The translations under genes were made by a program, and so were the position numbers. A stretch of DNA of 55,727 bases, the filler included, from Jimgerdemannia flammicorona (taxonomy: Eukaryota): NCBI GenBank assembly GCA_003990765.1. It is 2 parts of 2 records of this genome, joined end to end, with 100 filler letters (N's around TTAATTAATTAA, not from the genome) between each part and the next. Parts side by side here need not be neighbours in the genome. Positions count along the whole stretch, not along the records: positions 1 to 27,814 come from RBNJ01000598.1; 1 more part is not named here. One strand, 5' to 3'. Within the stretch, counting starts at the first letter, position 1. Each line of letters begins with the position of its first letter. The notes beneath the pieces are model-generated. The model saw only the letters and a program-made list of their open reading frames with translations, was not told the DNA's origin and ran no database searches. Positions 1 to 13,199 of this stretch are shown in pieces.

Positions 1-259
1 TTTATTATTACTTAGCCACCCTCTCATAGCTAGCAAACTTGTATAAATAACCCAGTATCTTCGAGTGAATAAACCTCAGATCGAAATAGTTCAAAGCAAA
101 GAGATAGCAAAGGAACTAGTAAGCCCGCGGGCAGATACACTTCGAACTCACCCACCCTTCCCCTGCCACTTCAAGAGACTCTGCGAGAGTCAGAACAGTC
201 AAGTTTTCAAGATACAGAAATCCGACGTACTTTCAAGAGTAAGCGTCCGCTACGTTACA
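1..259 (+). mobile_element. 3' end of an LTR (partial, window edge), apparently inserted into the Harbinger relic
   Basis: TATAAATA near 42, AATAAA near 68, ends ...CGTTACA at 259. CpG-rich, with an abrupt switch to CpG-free AT-rich DNA after 259. Confidence 0.55.
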
Positions 260-499
260 ATATGTAGTTCTACAAGTATATGAGAATTATCTATTCTATA
301 TTTGATCTTTTACTCTATATAATTATATCTCATCTCAAGTACTCTAGTCTCAGTTCTAGTAAGTTATCTATTTCTCCACCAGTCTAGCTTATAATTGCTA
401 TTTGGATTTTAGTAACTAGTGAGATATAATAAGCTATAATATATCAGAAAAACTACTATAATACAAATTATATAAAATATCTGTAAGTTGTTAGTTAAT

Positions 500-1010
500 C
501 TATTTAAAAATATATTATTATATCTATAGTCAAAAGTAGATAGCAAATAGAGAGAGATTTTGAGTGGATTCTTTACTATCTTTAAGTATCTAAGTATTGT
601 TAGAACTGTAGATAGATATTATATTATAATTACAAAACCACCATATAGTGAGGCTATATTAAACTCTCAAAAATAGTTTTATACTATTATTCTATAGGAT
701 ATTGTAGCTAGACTTTTTTGAGATATTATCATTGGATACCAGAATGGTATAAGTGATCAAAGAATATAGAATAAATCTGATATTTATCAGATAAATATAG
801 ACTATAATTACTTTATTTTAGAGAGTACTATCTTTGTTAGTAATAAGATCTATACTATTTCTCCTATAATGATATTACTATATAAAAACTATAATAATAG
901 TAATCTCATATATGTATAATGTTATTATAATAAACAGTATATCTATATCTATATCTTAATTGAGATTATATTTAAAAAACTGAAAGAGTGCTTTTAATGT
1001 TTAAATACAA
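500..1010 (+). pseudogene. PIF/Harbinger DDE transposase (DDE_Tnp_4-like) relic
   Basis: Manual translation: GFFTIFKYLSIVRTVDRYYIIITKPP..NSQK*FYTIIL*DIV..LF*DIIIGYQ..SDQRI*NKS..SNKIY..ILLY..YNKQ..IE..FKKLKECF. This fits the Harbinger consensus GAIDGxHIxIxxP..NRKxFHSIxLQ..FxDVxxGxPG..DxRI..GDxAY..TPY..IExxFGxLKxRF after G->A/C->T changes. Confidence 0.7.
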
Positions 1011-2289
1011 CTTTATTATATAATATTTCTTTTATATTAATACTGGTTTATATATATATTATTTTTCTAATCTTTATATTATGTAGAATAATCTCTTATA
1101 AGATGAGGAGTAAATGGACTTTTGGTGATAAAAGAAGAAGTATAGTGAAGAGGAATTTATAGAGATACTAGATGAGTATAGAGATATATATTTAGCAGCT
1201 AGCACAGTATTCACCAGAAGCTAGTAATATTATAGCTTTTCTAAATACTTCACTTGTCTAGTTAAGAGATATTTTCATAGACCTTTTTATAAATAAGACT
1301 ATATAGATAGAGATTATAATACAAAATTATAATATAATAATAAGGAATAATTAAATAGAGAGATATCAGGGTTATTGTAATCTATAAATAACTATAGATA
1401 TCAGAAAATACTATTATATAAAATCTTGTAGTATCTACAAATAACTATAATAATATCAAACTATATTATTTTTATTTATTCTAAATAGTTATTCATATTA
1501 TGAGGTCTTTTTATATCTCTTCCAGATATTGAGCAAGTAGTGTTAATGTCAGTATTTGTTTTATCATTTTTATTAATATTTGAGTTTATAGAAAGAGATA
1601 CTGGATAATATAATATATTAATTATAAATAGTTCTCCTAGACTAATAATAAGCTATATAATAATAAGCTATATACCTATATTTATATTTTAGTTAATAGC
1701 TATAATCTCACTATTATTCATTATTGCTAGTATATTAATCCTACTATCTACATACATCTCACTATCTATATATATCTCACTACTTATATATATATATCTC
1801 ATTTATCATCCCACTTACTATTAATCTATTATCTATAATACTATCTACCAATGATAGAGGTACCAGTACTTGCTGTACTACTAAGAGATAGAACAACTTA
1901 TTAAAGATATTTATTTATTCTTGTAAGACTTTGTCAAAGAGATGTATGAGAGTAGTAGTTATATTAAGTTAATTAGTATTATACTTCTTCTATATCTACT
2001 TTACTTTCTTATAGCTATTCATATTTACTAGCTGAATATCATCTAATATGACAGATTTGATATCTTTGATCTCCTCTCTTCTCTCCAGCATTAATTCCTA
2101 TATCACTTTTTTCTATATCTGACAAATCAACTTCTTCAGACACTAAACTGAGTAAAGAAGAGTTCAGAACAGAATAGTCATCAAGACTATCAAGATGAGA
2201 TAGAAGGATATCTTTATTGTTATCATCATTATTGTCAATTAAATACTTTTATTTTCTACTATTAATTAAGATAAAGATAAAAGAAAAAC

Positions 2290-2600
2290 TAGTAAAGATT
2301 GTAGATTTTTCATTCAAAATATTTTTCATGATATTGAAATATAGGAGAAACTCTTCTCTTTTAGTACCAGAGTTCTTATAGAAGCTTTGGTATTTCACAA
2401 TAGTTAAATAGATGATTTTGAATTTAGTTTGAATAGCTGTAATAGTTAAGCCTTCTATAGAGTAAGGAGGAAGTTCCTCTTATATATATAATATGACCTT
2501 CATCTATATATTAGACTGCTTATTACAATCTTTAAAGCTATTCTTCAGCTCTAGATATAGTTTGAACATTGTAGTAGTTGTTTCATTATTTCAATAGAAG
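2290..2600 (-). pseudogene. Myb/SANT (trihelix)-like DNA-binding ORF relic, the Harbinger partner protein
   Basis: Minus strand reads NNETTTMFKLYLELKNSFKDCNKQSNI*MKV..TITAIQTKFK..KYQSFYKNSGTKREEFLLYFNIMKNIL. It is convergent with the transposase relic, as expected for a two-ORF Harbinger. Confidence 0.55.
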
Positions 2601-3436
2601 TAACTTTTATTTTCTCTTTTTTATACTGATAATGAGATTAAGATAGTATTGAAGGAGAATGATAATAAGACTTTATATATCTGAGTCTAATTGTGAGTCT
2701 GTTTACAAGATGTTATCTACTTTGATAGTATTATGGAATAAGAATAGATAGGGTGAGAAGAGATAAAGAATGATAAATAGTGAGTTAATAATAATAAATA
2801 GTATAATATATACTGTCTATTATATATCTGTTGTGAGATATCTGCTATTGTGATCTACTGTTGTGGGTGAATTTTTCTGAAAATCACACTCTTGACCAGA
2901 GGTTTTCAGTTTCTTATTAAAATATAGCTTTATCCTAAAATATCCTTATCAAGTTACATATCTGACTAGAACTATTCTAAAGGGCTGGATTTTTCCAGAT
3001 TTTTGAAATTTCTTCTCAGAAAATCTATATCTAATTATACTCAATATAGAATATTGAGTCAATCAATGAATACTAATTCAATACTTATTTGAATACTTAC
3101 TAATAATAATAACTATACTCTCCAGTAATAATATATAATATCTATAGCTCAGATAGAGATAGTTACTATATTTTTTATAGAAACAGTTACTAAGTTCTAG
3201 TATACTCTAAAAAAATATCTAATAATCTGAGAAAATAGATTTTAAATTTATAGTCAAAATATAACAATATCTGATTAGAATAAAATAACTATAATGTAGA
3301 CTTAGAACTCAAGAATTTTCTATTGTATAAGTTCTAAAATATAGTCTATATTTAAGAAATCTAGAATAAGCTAGTATAGTATCTCTTTTACTATCATTTT
3401 AAGCTCTAGAAAATTTATTAAGATCATCTAGTAGAG

Positions 3437-3921
3437 GAAGAAGACCCAGTAGAAGCCAGGGGCATAAATCCAGAACTATGGTTAAAGTGAATAGAAGATA
3501 TATAGAAGAGCATATATAAGAGAGATAAATAAAGAAATGCATCAGCTATTTATTGCTATATAAAAGTATAGTTCTTATATATAAAATATGAGATCTCAAA
3601 AGAGAAGATGCACTACAATATAAAAGTAACTAAATTAGAAACCACATAACTATTAGAGATAAGTAGAGATAAAGAGAGAGCCAATCCTAGTTATAGAATA
3701 AAAATTACAAATAAATACAAACAAAACAAATCCAAATTGAGATTAAAAAATATCTACAGATTCTAGAGAGATGAGCATAAGTAAGGGGTGAGGCTGAAAT
3801 AGAGCAAGCTATAGTGAGCCTGAGCAAAGTGAGGAGCCAAAGGCAGTAGAGGGGAGTAGAGTGAAGATCAAGACCCTGGAGCAAGTGTAAGACTCCAAAG
3901 GGGGTAAGGATGTTTTTTAAT
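3437..3921. repeat. PLE pseudo-LTR, 3' copy (direct repeat of 20766-21251)
   Basis: About 485 bp aligns by eye with 20766-21251; differences are nearly all transitions. Confidence 0.9.
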
Positions 3922-3999
3922 TCTCTTTAGAAGAACCAGAGATACTAAAAGGTGATAAAAATACAAAATAAGAGTGATGGATTAAAGAGAAAACAGAAG

Positions 4000-5640
4000 G
4001 AAGATACATGAGTAATTAGAGAATATTAGAGAAGAGATAAAAGTTCATAGTATGAAAGAGAAGAGTGCAGGACAGTATCAGAGTATTGTGCAACCCAGTG
4101 AGCATAATCAAATGGTATAATAAGAATTGAGAGTGGAAAGAAAGAGAGGGTATAGAGTAAGTAAGAGAGAAGAGAGAGGAGAAAAGAGGAGTAAAGGAGA
4201 GAGAGGAGGAAAGAGTGAACAATAGACCATTCAACAGAAACAAGCAGATTGCAAATAATAGAAATAGGATAAGTATGGCAATGAACCACAAAATTACCAA
4301 GAACCTGAACTACAGACACCTAGTCAGAGTGATAGGAGCAGTAGAGTACAAGATGACAAACTTTACTATAAATATATTTAAGAAGAATATGATGAGAATA
4401 ATTGGAATGGAAGTCAGAAAACTATTGGGAATAGGGAAAATAAGAATAAACAATAGTTCAGAAAGAAGAAAGAGAAATAGAAAGGTCTAAAAAAGAAATA
4501 CTGATCATACTATACACCTATGTAATAAAATGATAGAGAGAGTAGATACTATGAAACATACTAGAGATATTGATACCAGCAATAGTAAGGACAATAAAGT
4601 CATTGATATATCAGTGAAAGAAGATATTCCCAGCCTAAAATATGATGAAAAGAGGTGAAAAAGAATTATATATTATATGATATTTATGGGCTAAACTAAT
4701 AAGATTAGTAAGAGTAGGGATATAATTCATTTCCATAGTAATATCAGAAGTCTGGTGAAAGGAGCTAAGGGCTGACTCAAAATAGTTGAAGCCATAGATG
4801 AGGAGTATAAGCTTGATAATAGAAGCTAATGAAAGCAGAGAGTCTAAAGAGAAAACAATAGAACTTAGAAATTGAAGACAATTATTGATCTTATCAAAAC
4901 AAATAGCAGTATAGAAGAAGGAGAAATTACTAGAAGCTAAATAAAAAAAATGATAAACAGATGCAATAGTAGAACAAAGGAGAGCAAGCTCCTGAGTATT
5001 ATAAAGAATAGTATACTCAGTCCTAAGACAGTATTGAAGAAGTACTATCTAAGAGAGGAAGAAGCAGGATAACTACTTTGAAATCTCAGTAGTAGATAAA
5101 CTAAAAGCAGCCATAATGAGATGCCAGGCCAAAGTAGGCTTGTGAACTTTAAGAAGAAAATAAAACACCAGAAGACAAATATTCAGTAAGGACAAAGAGT
5201 TCTAAAAGAAGTTAAAAATGAGATTTGCAAACAGAGAGTTCAAAAGTAATCTGATGTGAGCCAGAGAAACCTGAAGAGTGAGAATCTCATTCAATTCAAG
5301 GGCACTAAGCTCATAAACCATGGCTTAAAGGAGAGCAGAAAGGCCATCAAGGTAGAGAAACTTAGAAATAAGTACAAAACTCTGATTCTTATTAGTAACT
5401 ATAAGTAAATATAAAGGTAATTACTTAACTGATTTAAGTATGATATGTATATGGTATAGTCTGAAATCAAGCAAGAGCAAATATATCTAAGAACAGATAG
5501 TAAGCAAGCTATGTTAAAGAATATACAGTATGAAGAGACATTGAAGGTAGGACCTAATTACTTAAAACAAAGTAGTGAGAGGGTATCTCACCATAATCTT
5601 CAAAGAAAATGATAAGGTCAAGAGTATGATGAAAACATAT
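4000..5640 (-). pseudogene. Penelope-type reverse transcriptase plus thumb domain (degenerate)
   Basis: Minus-strand motifs in order: LGPTF; VTNKNQSF (~ADKNLG); FYFLLKVHKPTLAWHLI (~FYxLPKxHK..RPI); NFSFFYTAI (~DFxSLYTxI); FHQTSDITMEM (~YxQxxGxAMG); FFH*YIND (~RYIDD); FLDLSI; CSYHSD; HTYP (~RGYP). Confidence 0.75.
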
Positions 5641-5647
5641 AAGATGA

Positions 5648-6044
5648 TGTAATATTTTAGTGTAGTTTACTTCTTTTTCTTTATCTTTCCTCAATATTCT
5701 ACAATCTTTCAGTATTTTCTGAATACTTAGAAATCCGTTCTTGGTGCTGAGCATCCACTAGTACTTATTTAGCTAGTTACTGAATGTCCTGAAAGCTTGT
5801 AGAACTTCATTTGTCATCCTTGTCAAGAACTTTCCTCTTGGCATTTTTCTTTGATTTCTCAGATCTTTCTGGATCCTTCTTTCAGATCTTGTATAAATAT
5901 CTCCTTTGTTCTCATGAATAAAGTCTCAGAATGTTTTCTTCTAGAAATTCTTCAAGAATACTTGAATCCTTAAGTATCTTTTCAAGCTACTTAGAACTAC
6001 CAGAACTAGTCACTTCCTCATTTAGAAAAACTAGAACCATTACA
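5648..6044 (+). repeat. 5' LTR (397 bp)
   Basis: TGTAATATT...CATTACA. Contains TATAAATA and AATAAA and aligns with 16874-17268. Confidence 0.95.
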
Positions 6045-6046
6045 CT

Positions 6047-6064
6047 TGGTAGCAGTGGGTGGTT
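6047..6064 (+). promoter_or_regulatory. Primer binding site, tRNA-iMet-like
   Basis: TGGTAGCAGTGGGTGGTT, 2 nt after the LTR; resembles the complement of eukaryotic initiator tRNA-Met 3' ends (TGGTAGCAGAGGATGGTT type). Confidence 0.75.
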
Positions 6065-6159
6065 ACACCTAGCCTTATCAAGACATCTCTCAAGATATCA
6101 GTCACAACACTATGGAGGACAATGAGTGGAACCCTTCATACAGTACCTATAGTCCAGGT

Positions 6160-6690
6160 AATGCCTCATATAATTGGTAAGAAGAAGAGAAACAGCAAAA
6201 CCCTACTCAGTCAACTGGGGCCATTGAGAGTCTTTTGCAGACTACATTAGCTCAGATTGCTCAACTTTAAGAATGCATAAAAAGAAAGAAAAGCAAGGCC
6301 CCTACTCATACCTCTGCATCTCTACTGATATCAATATACCTGACAACAGTTACCATTAAGCCTCAGAAGTCTGACACTTTTGATGGTCAAAGAGGAAGAC
6401 TGTCTACTGATGCCTGGCTTTTCCGATTGGAGCAATATAGAGAACTGACTAATTTGGAAGAAGCAACACTAGTTCAATTTACTGCTACACTTCTCTGAGA
6501 GAATACTACAATCTGGTGGTGAAACCATATCCAGAATACCAGATTTGCTGACTGAATCAGGACCTGGAATAAATTCTCTGATACCATTCAAGGCCAATTC
6601 AAACCAGTCAACAGTACTAAGGCTATGTGAGACTGTCTGGCAAATGTCAAACAACTCAAGTCTGTATAAGTATACAATGCACAATTCCTA
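6160..6690 (+). pseudogene. gag, 5' part (capsid-like), interrupted by LINE
   Basis: KPQKSDTFDGQRG..DAWLFRLEQY..LVQFTATLL*ENTTIWW..TWNKFSDTIQGQFKP..*DCLANVKQLKSV*VYNAQFL, typical of Ty3 gag. Confidence 0.75.
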
Positions 6691-9600
6691 TCAATCCCCA
6701 TAGGGGAGCCCCTTCTCACTTCCTTATGAATAAAGATCACCCTCTCACCAATGACTCCAACTCTCCTGCCACTCTGTCCATAGATTTTCTCCACCAAGCA
6801 GTGCCTCTGACCACCCTACAGCCCCCAACCAAGCTACCAGCCTGTTAAGGTGTCTTCTATAAGATTCTGCCACTATAACAACCAGCTCTCCAAGCTCTGT
6901 CTCCTCTCATCCTCAAAAACAAATAGCCAGTGACTGGCCAGCCCCACCCAAATGGCCAACACCCAGCCTAAGGTAAGCCATTCCTTTCCTACCCCCCCAA
7001 CCAATTGATCTCTCAAGTCTGCCCACCTCTTCCATACCTCACCTCTGCTACACCTCACCCCCAAGTGGGCCCCAATAGCCCACCAAAAGTCCCTCAACAC
7101 CTTGCACTCTCCTAGCCAATATTCTGGCATCTGTATAAAGCCCCCTTCCTGCCCTACATTATGACACTCCTCATAGTCAAAGCAATCCCCTATGATAAGG
7201 TACTCTGAGCAGAAGTTGAGCATTACATTCCTCCTCAGCATGTGCCACCAGACCACTCAGTACTTCGGCAGTATCCACTTATGCATTGTAGCACTCTAGG
7301 TCCAAATACTCTGCTAGTTCTACTCTTCTCCAATTCCAACTCCTTGCCAACTGCTAGGCCACAGATCCTGGCCTGGTCTCCTTTGGTACTCCATTCTATC
7401 ATCAATGTCGAACTCAATTAAAGGAACACTACCTAGCAATATACTATCCCATCTCTACATCGCTGAGTCCCAAGCCACCTCCCTCTCATTCTCCTGCCAG
7501 CGAATACTAATGCGGTGTGCCCCCTCCACTATCCCCTATCAGAATCCTTTATATCACAATTGTTCAGTATTCTGAAGTCTAACCAATGAGAAGAGATTGC
7601 CAGTTGAGCCTCTCGGCAATATCTGCCTCTCCCAGATCTTCTGCAGCAGGGGAACCCAATTACCCCCTCGCAACTCCACCACCCTCTTTAGCCACCATAC
7701 CCTCAAGCAGTATAGTCATTTGGAAAAGTCCACCAGCCCAAGACCACCTCTCATCACCAGTAGGGACAAAGTCTCCCAACCAATCTGACTCCGTCTGCCA
7801 GCCCAAATCCATCCCTTTGCTATCTTCATTAATCTCTTCACCACCCAGGCTGGGAAGTCCAGATGATAAGCCAAATACCACAGCTTTGGCAGCTAATATA
7901 TATTCAAAATTGAGACCCACCCTACCAGAGAAAAGTGTCTTCCCCCCCAACCCCACAGGTCCTTCTCCCAGATTTCAATTCTCTGCTCCCACCAAAGCCT
8001 GGGCAGAACTGACCCATAGACTGACAAATAGATGCCCAAGTACCACACTGCCTCACCAGTGGGGAAAATTGTTCCAATAACTTCTCCTCCCACCAGGCCA
8101 TTGCCTAGTACCATTGTTTTACATTTGTGCTAATTCAACTTAGCCCCAGAGTTCTCCTCATACCACTCCACTGTCTTCTTGAGCTCCTCAACATCAGCAA
8201 TCGATCCCAAACCAACCACCATGTCATCTGCAAAGGCCCCAACTTTCCACCCAATTTCATAGATAGAGAGCCCCACTATCCTCTGCCTAATTCTGTCTAT
8301 TAGGGGTTCCAGGGAAAGGGCATACAAAATGGGAGACAGTGGGTCCCCCTGGGGCACCCCCCTACCCAGGGGGAATGCTACCCCTCTATGTCTATTACAT
8401 ATGAGTGTAGCCCTACTCCCTTCCAGTAGGCTGACCATTGCTGACCAAAATTGGCACAGAACCCCCATTCTATCTAATATCTTCGCCAGCCAGACTTGTC
8501 ACATCTGGTCATAAGCCTTCTCCTGGTCCAAGAAGACTAGATACCCATCCAGTCCACAGGCTCTTGCCTCTTCAATAACTCCATATACTTAGGCTGTGCC
8601 ATCCCTAATGAGCCAACCACCCACAAATCCCCTCTGCTCAACACCTATGACTTACTGGGCTACCTTCTGTAGCCTTGCAACCACCACCTTAGTCACCAAC
8701 TTTCTGTCCATATCTAGCAACATTATCGGCTACCAGTTCTTCCAATCCTCTCACCTTTCTTTATTCTTATAAAGTAGTATCACTAGCCCAAGATCCTGCT
8801 CCCCCACCCATCTCCCTGTCTGTAATATATAGTCACATAATGCCATCATCTCTCCCATCACACCTAGAACTCCAACCATTCGCTTCCAGAAGTCCCAGAG
8901 CAGACCATCCTCCCCAGGTGCCATACCTGGAGTTGTTGCAGCAAGAACCTGGTGGATCTCATCCTCCTTCATAGGCATTACCAGATCACCTAGCCCCTCT
9001 ACCTGTGGTGGGTGCCAATCCTCCAATGTTTGGTCAATGGCAGCAGCATCCACCCCACCCTCCTCCTCACTCCACAATCTACTCCATCGCTCCTTCAATG
9101 ATCCAAGAATGTCCTGCACCCCATGCATTAGCATACCATCCAAGTTAAGTACCCCTTCCCACCATTGCTGTATCCTTCTTGCCTTAAGGGCCCTTGTGAG
9201 AAATTTGGAAGACCTCTCCCCTTCCTCCAGCACCTGCCAATGAAGTCATGCTGCCAAGCTTTGCACCCTTACCTCTTTCTCTTCCAACAGCACCTGTTGT
9301 AGTTCTCCAATCTCCATCTTTGCCCTCATTACTCTCCAATCTTCTTCTCCTTCCAATATCGCCAGTCTTGCCTACTCCTCCAGAAGCCTAGTCAATCTAG
9401 TAGAAGTCCACTGCATTCTTTGCCTTCTCTGCTTCCCTGCTTCCTTGCCAGCCTCACTCCAGTAAATCCTGGCCATCTCTTTCATCCTCATCCACTAAAC
9501 CCCAATTGAGGCACCTTCCTGTTGCCAGTTCTCCACCCTCAACTAAATGTCTTTAGCCCACTCATCTCACCAGGACTTGTCATCTAACAAAGAGGAATTT

Positions 9601-12400
9601 AGATGCTAATATCCAGACCCATCCCCACTTCCCCCAAAGCACCCCTGTCCCAAAAGGCCCCAGTGATCTGACCATGGGCACCATTCCACCTCCAGCAACT
9701 TCCAAACATCTTGGCCCCAGCAGCTGGCCATCAGAATCCAGTCAATCCTTGTCCCCAGGCCCCCAGCCCAATGTGTATAAATCCTCCTATCTCCCCAGTA
9801 CTCCCTGCTAGCATCTACTAGCACACTAAATCTTTCTACTTCCTCCTATATCACCAGTCCCCTACTCCTGCTCTCAGCACCCCATCCTCTATCTGTTCTA
9901 TCTATCAGCATATTCCGAACCATATTGAAATCTCCCCCAAGTATATCCACCCCAGCCTCTGCAAGGATCCCACTCTCCTGGAGATCCTTCACCCAATCTA
10001 TATGCTCACTCTGTATGGCAGGGCAGTAATAGGAGCCAACTGTAACTGGCTCCCAGCCTACATGAATCCACTCACCCCAGACCAGTCTCTTTCCCCAGCT
10101 CCTCACATCTCTTATCTCCCCTCTGCCCTTTCAAACCAGAATCCCAACTTTGCCTTTCCAAATTGCTATGCCTCTCCATTCCTTTGTCCATTCCATCCTA
10201 TCAGAATCATCCTCACACCTGACATCCTGCAAGAGGAAGAGATCAGCCTCTAATCCCTTCAGCTAAGTAAAAATGTTCCTATATCTAATAGCACCCCGTA
10301 ACCCATTCACATTCAGAGAAAAAATGTTGGTTGTACTGTTCATAATGAAATACATTTTGTTATCAGTCGATCTCTACTGCTCCATGTTCATCACCTCCTG
10401 TACCATGTCCAGATTATGTTCTGCCATCACCTCCTCCTCTTTAGCTCTCTGAGCCTCCAATCCAGCCAACAGCTCATTCATCTCCCCATCTGTCTTCTTC
10501 TCAAACTCCTCCTGGTACTCAATATAAGCCTCCTGCCAAAGCTGCAATCTATGATGCTTATTCCAGCAGTATTCAGCCCTCTCCCCAGCAACAACTACCA
10601 TCTCTGCCTCCCGCTCCTTATCCACTTTATACCCTTCCTCCTTCAGATACACCGCAAGAATTTCTGCCTTCAGTGCCATCATTACTCCATCCCTCTACAA
10701 TATCTGCACCTAGTGCTCATCACCCATCATTCACAAGTCTACCTCCCTCAACTCTTCTACTGCCAGGTTATTTATCATCCTGCACATCCAAAGTAGGTTC
10801 CCCACCTCCTTCCCTCCAGGGGTCACCAGCCTCCCTCCATCCAGTATTGTGGTGTCAGCTCCAGCACTTGCAGTCTCATCCCACACCTCCAGGACATCCA
10901 CCAGTTCCTCCTCACCAGCTGCTATCCCATGTCCCCCATCGGTCACCTCTGGAACTCCAAATTTCACCCAATTGGCCCCCAGCATTGTCACATCCTCCAC
11001 TATCTTGTTTCTGGAAGCTGGGCCTCATCTGATAAGAGGAGAAGGAGTGGGAGAGTCCTCCCAGGCCTCCTCCCAAACCTCAAAGGTACTATCAGCATAT
11101 GGGTTATTAACCTTTGCCTCCTTCTCCTTCCCAGTCTCCTTCCCAGCATTCCCACCCCTCTCGCTAGCCCAGACACTCACTTTGGCCCCCTCCATGTCTG
11201 TCATCTTGCTCGCATCCTCCAGTGGTCTACCTCTCAGTTTAGCCAGCAGATTCTTCTGTCTCTTACACCCCTGAGCCCTTTCCTACTGTACCTTGTCCAC
11301 TCAAATCCACTTTCCATCCACTACCTCCAAGTGTGTCAACTCCACAAAGGCCTTCCAAGCCTCTGCTCACTGCTTCACAGCACCACTCAATTCTTCAAGT
11401 GCTTCCAATAAATCCTCTTCCTCCTCCTCACTTCCCTTCACCCTCATCACCTTATACAGAATCGCTCTCCAGACTATCACCAAAGGCCAGTCTCTCATCT
11501 TCCTGGTAGCTTCTTTTCCAGCCAGCTGAATCCTCACATCCATATCACCAGTCCTGAGCGAGGTCCCTTCCCAGACCCTGAATCTGATATCCACCACCTC
11601 TCCATATTCTGCCATGACTTCCTCAACTCTCTTTCTCATCTCCCCCGCTGTCACCATGGGCACTCCTTTCACCAGTAGTTGGACCACCCTTGGATCCCAT
11701 TTCAGGCACCATGCCATCGGAACACACACCTCCCCAACTATCAACCCAATCTTCAGTGTCTCCTCCAGTAGCTCAGCTTTCTCAAAACCCACCTCCACAC
11801 CCTCCAGTCCCTTCAAAAACTTCACTGATGTGGCTCCTGCCACCTGCTTAGCTATAAGCTCCAGCACCATTTTCGCTATCACCACTAAGCCCTGGAAGCA
11901 CAGTGTAACTGCGAATGCCAAGATTGATTTTTTGAGTAACAGAGCCACTGCCAGGCCCATCACACCATCCACCAAATCTCCTTGTCTTCTAAGCCTCAAC
12001 TACTCAGCCTCACCATCTGCCATCACATCTGGATTTTTTTCCAGATTGGCAGTCCCATTGCCATCAGCAGTTACACTCCTCTCAGCCGCTACTCCTCCAG
12101 CTCTACTGCCCCCCCTTCCAAGGGCTACTCCCCCATGCACTACTGCCTTCTCGGTCTCCTTGCCCTTTCTCAGCCAGCCCTCCAGCCCTGATGCCTGCTA
12201 TCTCCCCTTCACTGTCTCCACAAAGCTCACTCTTCTAGACTCTTGGCCTCTACCATTACCACCACCCCTTCCATGTCCTCCCACCAGCAGTCCCCTCATG
12301 GCCCCCCCTAGGCCCGGGCCCCTCCTCACCTGCTGTCATTCAAAAGCACTTAGGCCACCCTACTTAGTATATACCTCAGATTATCTGTTGGTCACTATGT
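6690..12400 (-). mobile_element. Non-LTR retrotransposon (LINE, L1/Tx1-like: ORF1 + APE-RT-zf ORF2), degenerate, 3' end missing
   Basis: ORF2 starts MNSTTNIFSLNVNGL (~10344). APE motifs GGDFN, RIDW, SDHW; RT motifs APGEDG, LDQEKAYD, GVPQGDPLSPILY, AFADD; C-terminal Cys/His region. ORF1 at ~12300-10370. No poly(A) tail at the left junction. Confidence 0.9.
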
Positions 12401-12439
12401 TCTTAGTCTCTTTTCTCCAAAAACGATATTGTAAGTACC

Positions 12440-12732
12440 TTCTAAAGATTGTATAACCTAAATAGTACTAGAGAAAGATGAAGAGACTGCCTTTCAATGA
12501 CAACCACAAAAGAGAGGAACCCAAAGTCAGAACTGTTGGACCTGCCCCCATGGACCTAGATACCATCAACAAGAGTAAGAAAGGCAAGCTTACACCCGAG
12601 GAAAAGGAGCATTTCAAGAAGACTGGAGCCTGCTTCTTTTGCTATCAGCCTGGTCACATTGCAACCAAATGTTCCAAAAAAACTGCTGAACCAAAGAGGA
12701 TTCTGGTCCTATCCAAAGACACTCAAGGTTAA
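12440..12732 (+). pseudogene. gag, 3' part with CCHC zinc knuckle
   Basis: PAPMDLD motif and CFFCYQPGHIATKC. Confidence 0.85.
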
Positions 12733-12759
12733 CCAGTTGAACAAGAAGTTGTACTCAAT

Positions 12760-13165
12760 TTCATATGAGTCAACCCCAAGGCCCAGATCCCTCAAGCATA
12801 GTCAGAAGGAGCCATTGGTTTGGACCTTCAAGTAGTATAACAAGTCACTATTCTGGTATATGAAAGAAGGCTCATTCCAACTGGCCTTTCAGTCGAAATC
12901 CCCAAGGAACATTATGCAAGGATTGCACCAAGATCTGGCCTCAGTTTCAAGCACTCATTAGATATTGATACTGGAGTCATTGACCCTGACTTCTGAGGCG
13001 AAATGCAAGTCCTGCTAGTCAACCACAAGAACCAACCATATACCATCAATGAAGGTGACAGAATTGCACAGCTCATTCTGGAGCGAGCCACTCTACTAGT
13101 CATCAAAGAAGTCACCAAGCTGTCTCTAACCAAGTGAGATCAGAAAGGCTTTGGCAGTACTGACA
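12760..13165 (+). pseudogene. dUTPase domain of the retrotransposon
   Basis: All five trimeric dUTPase motifs: AIGLDL, IAPRSG, GVIDPDF*G, GDRIAQLI, K*DQKGFGST. Confidence 0.92.
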
Positions 13166-13199
13166 AAGTTGCAAGCATAGCCAAGAACCAAGCCAATTC

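Noticed and set aside
10416..12456. Long Ser/Pro-rich plus-strand ORFs (e.g. 11614-12456)
   Set aside because: Antisense shadows of the purine-rich LINE ORF1.
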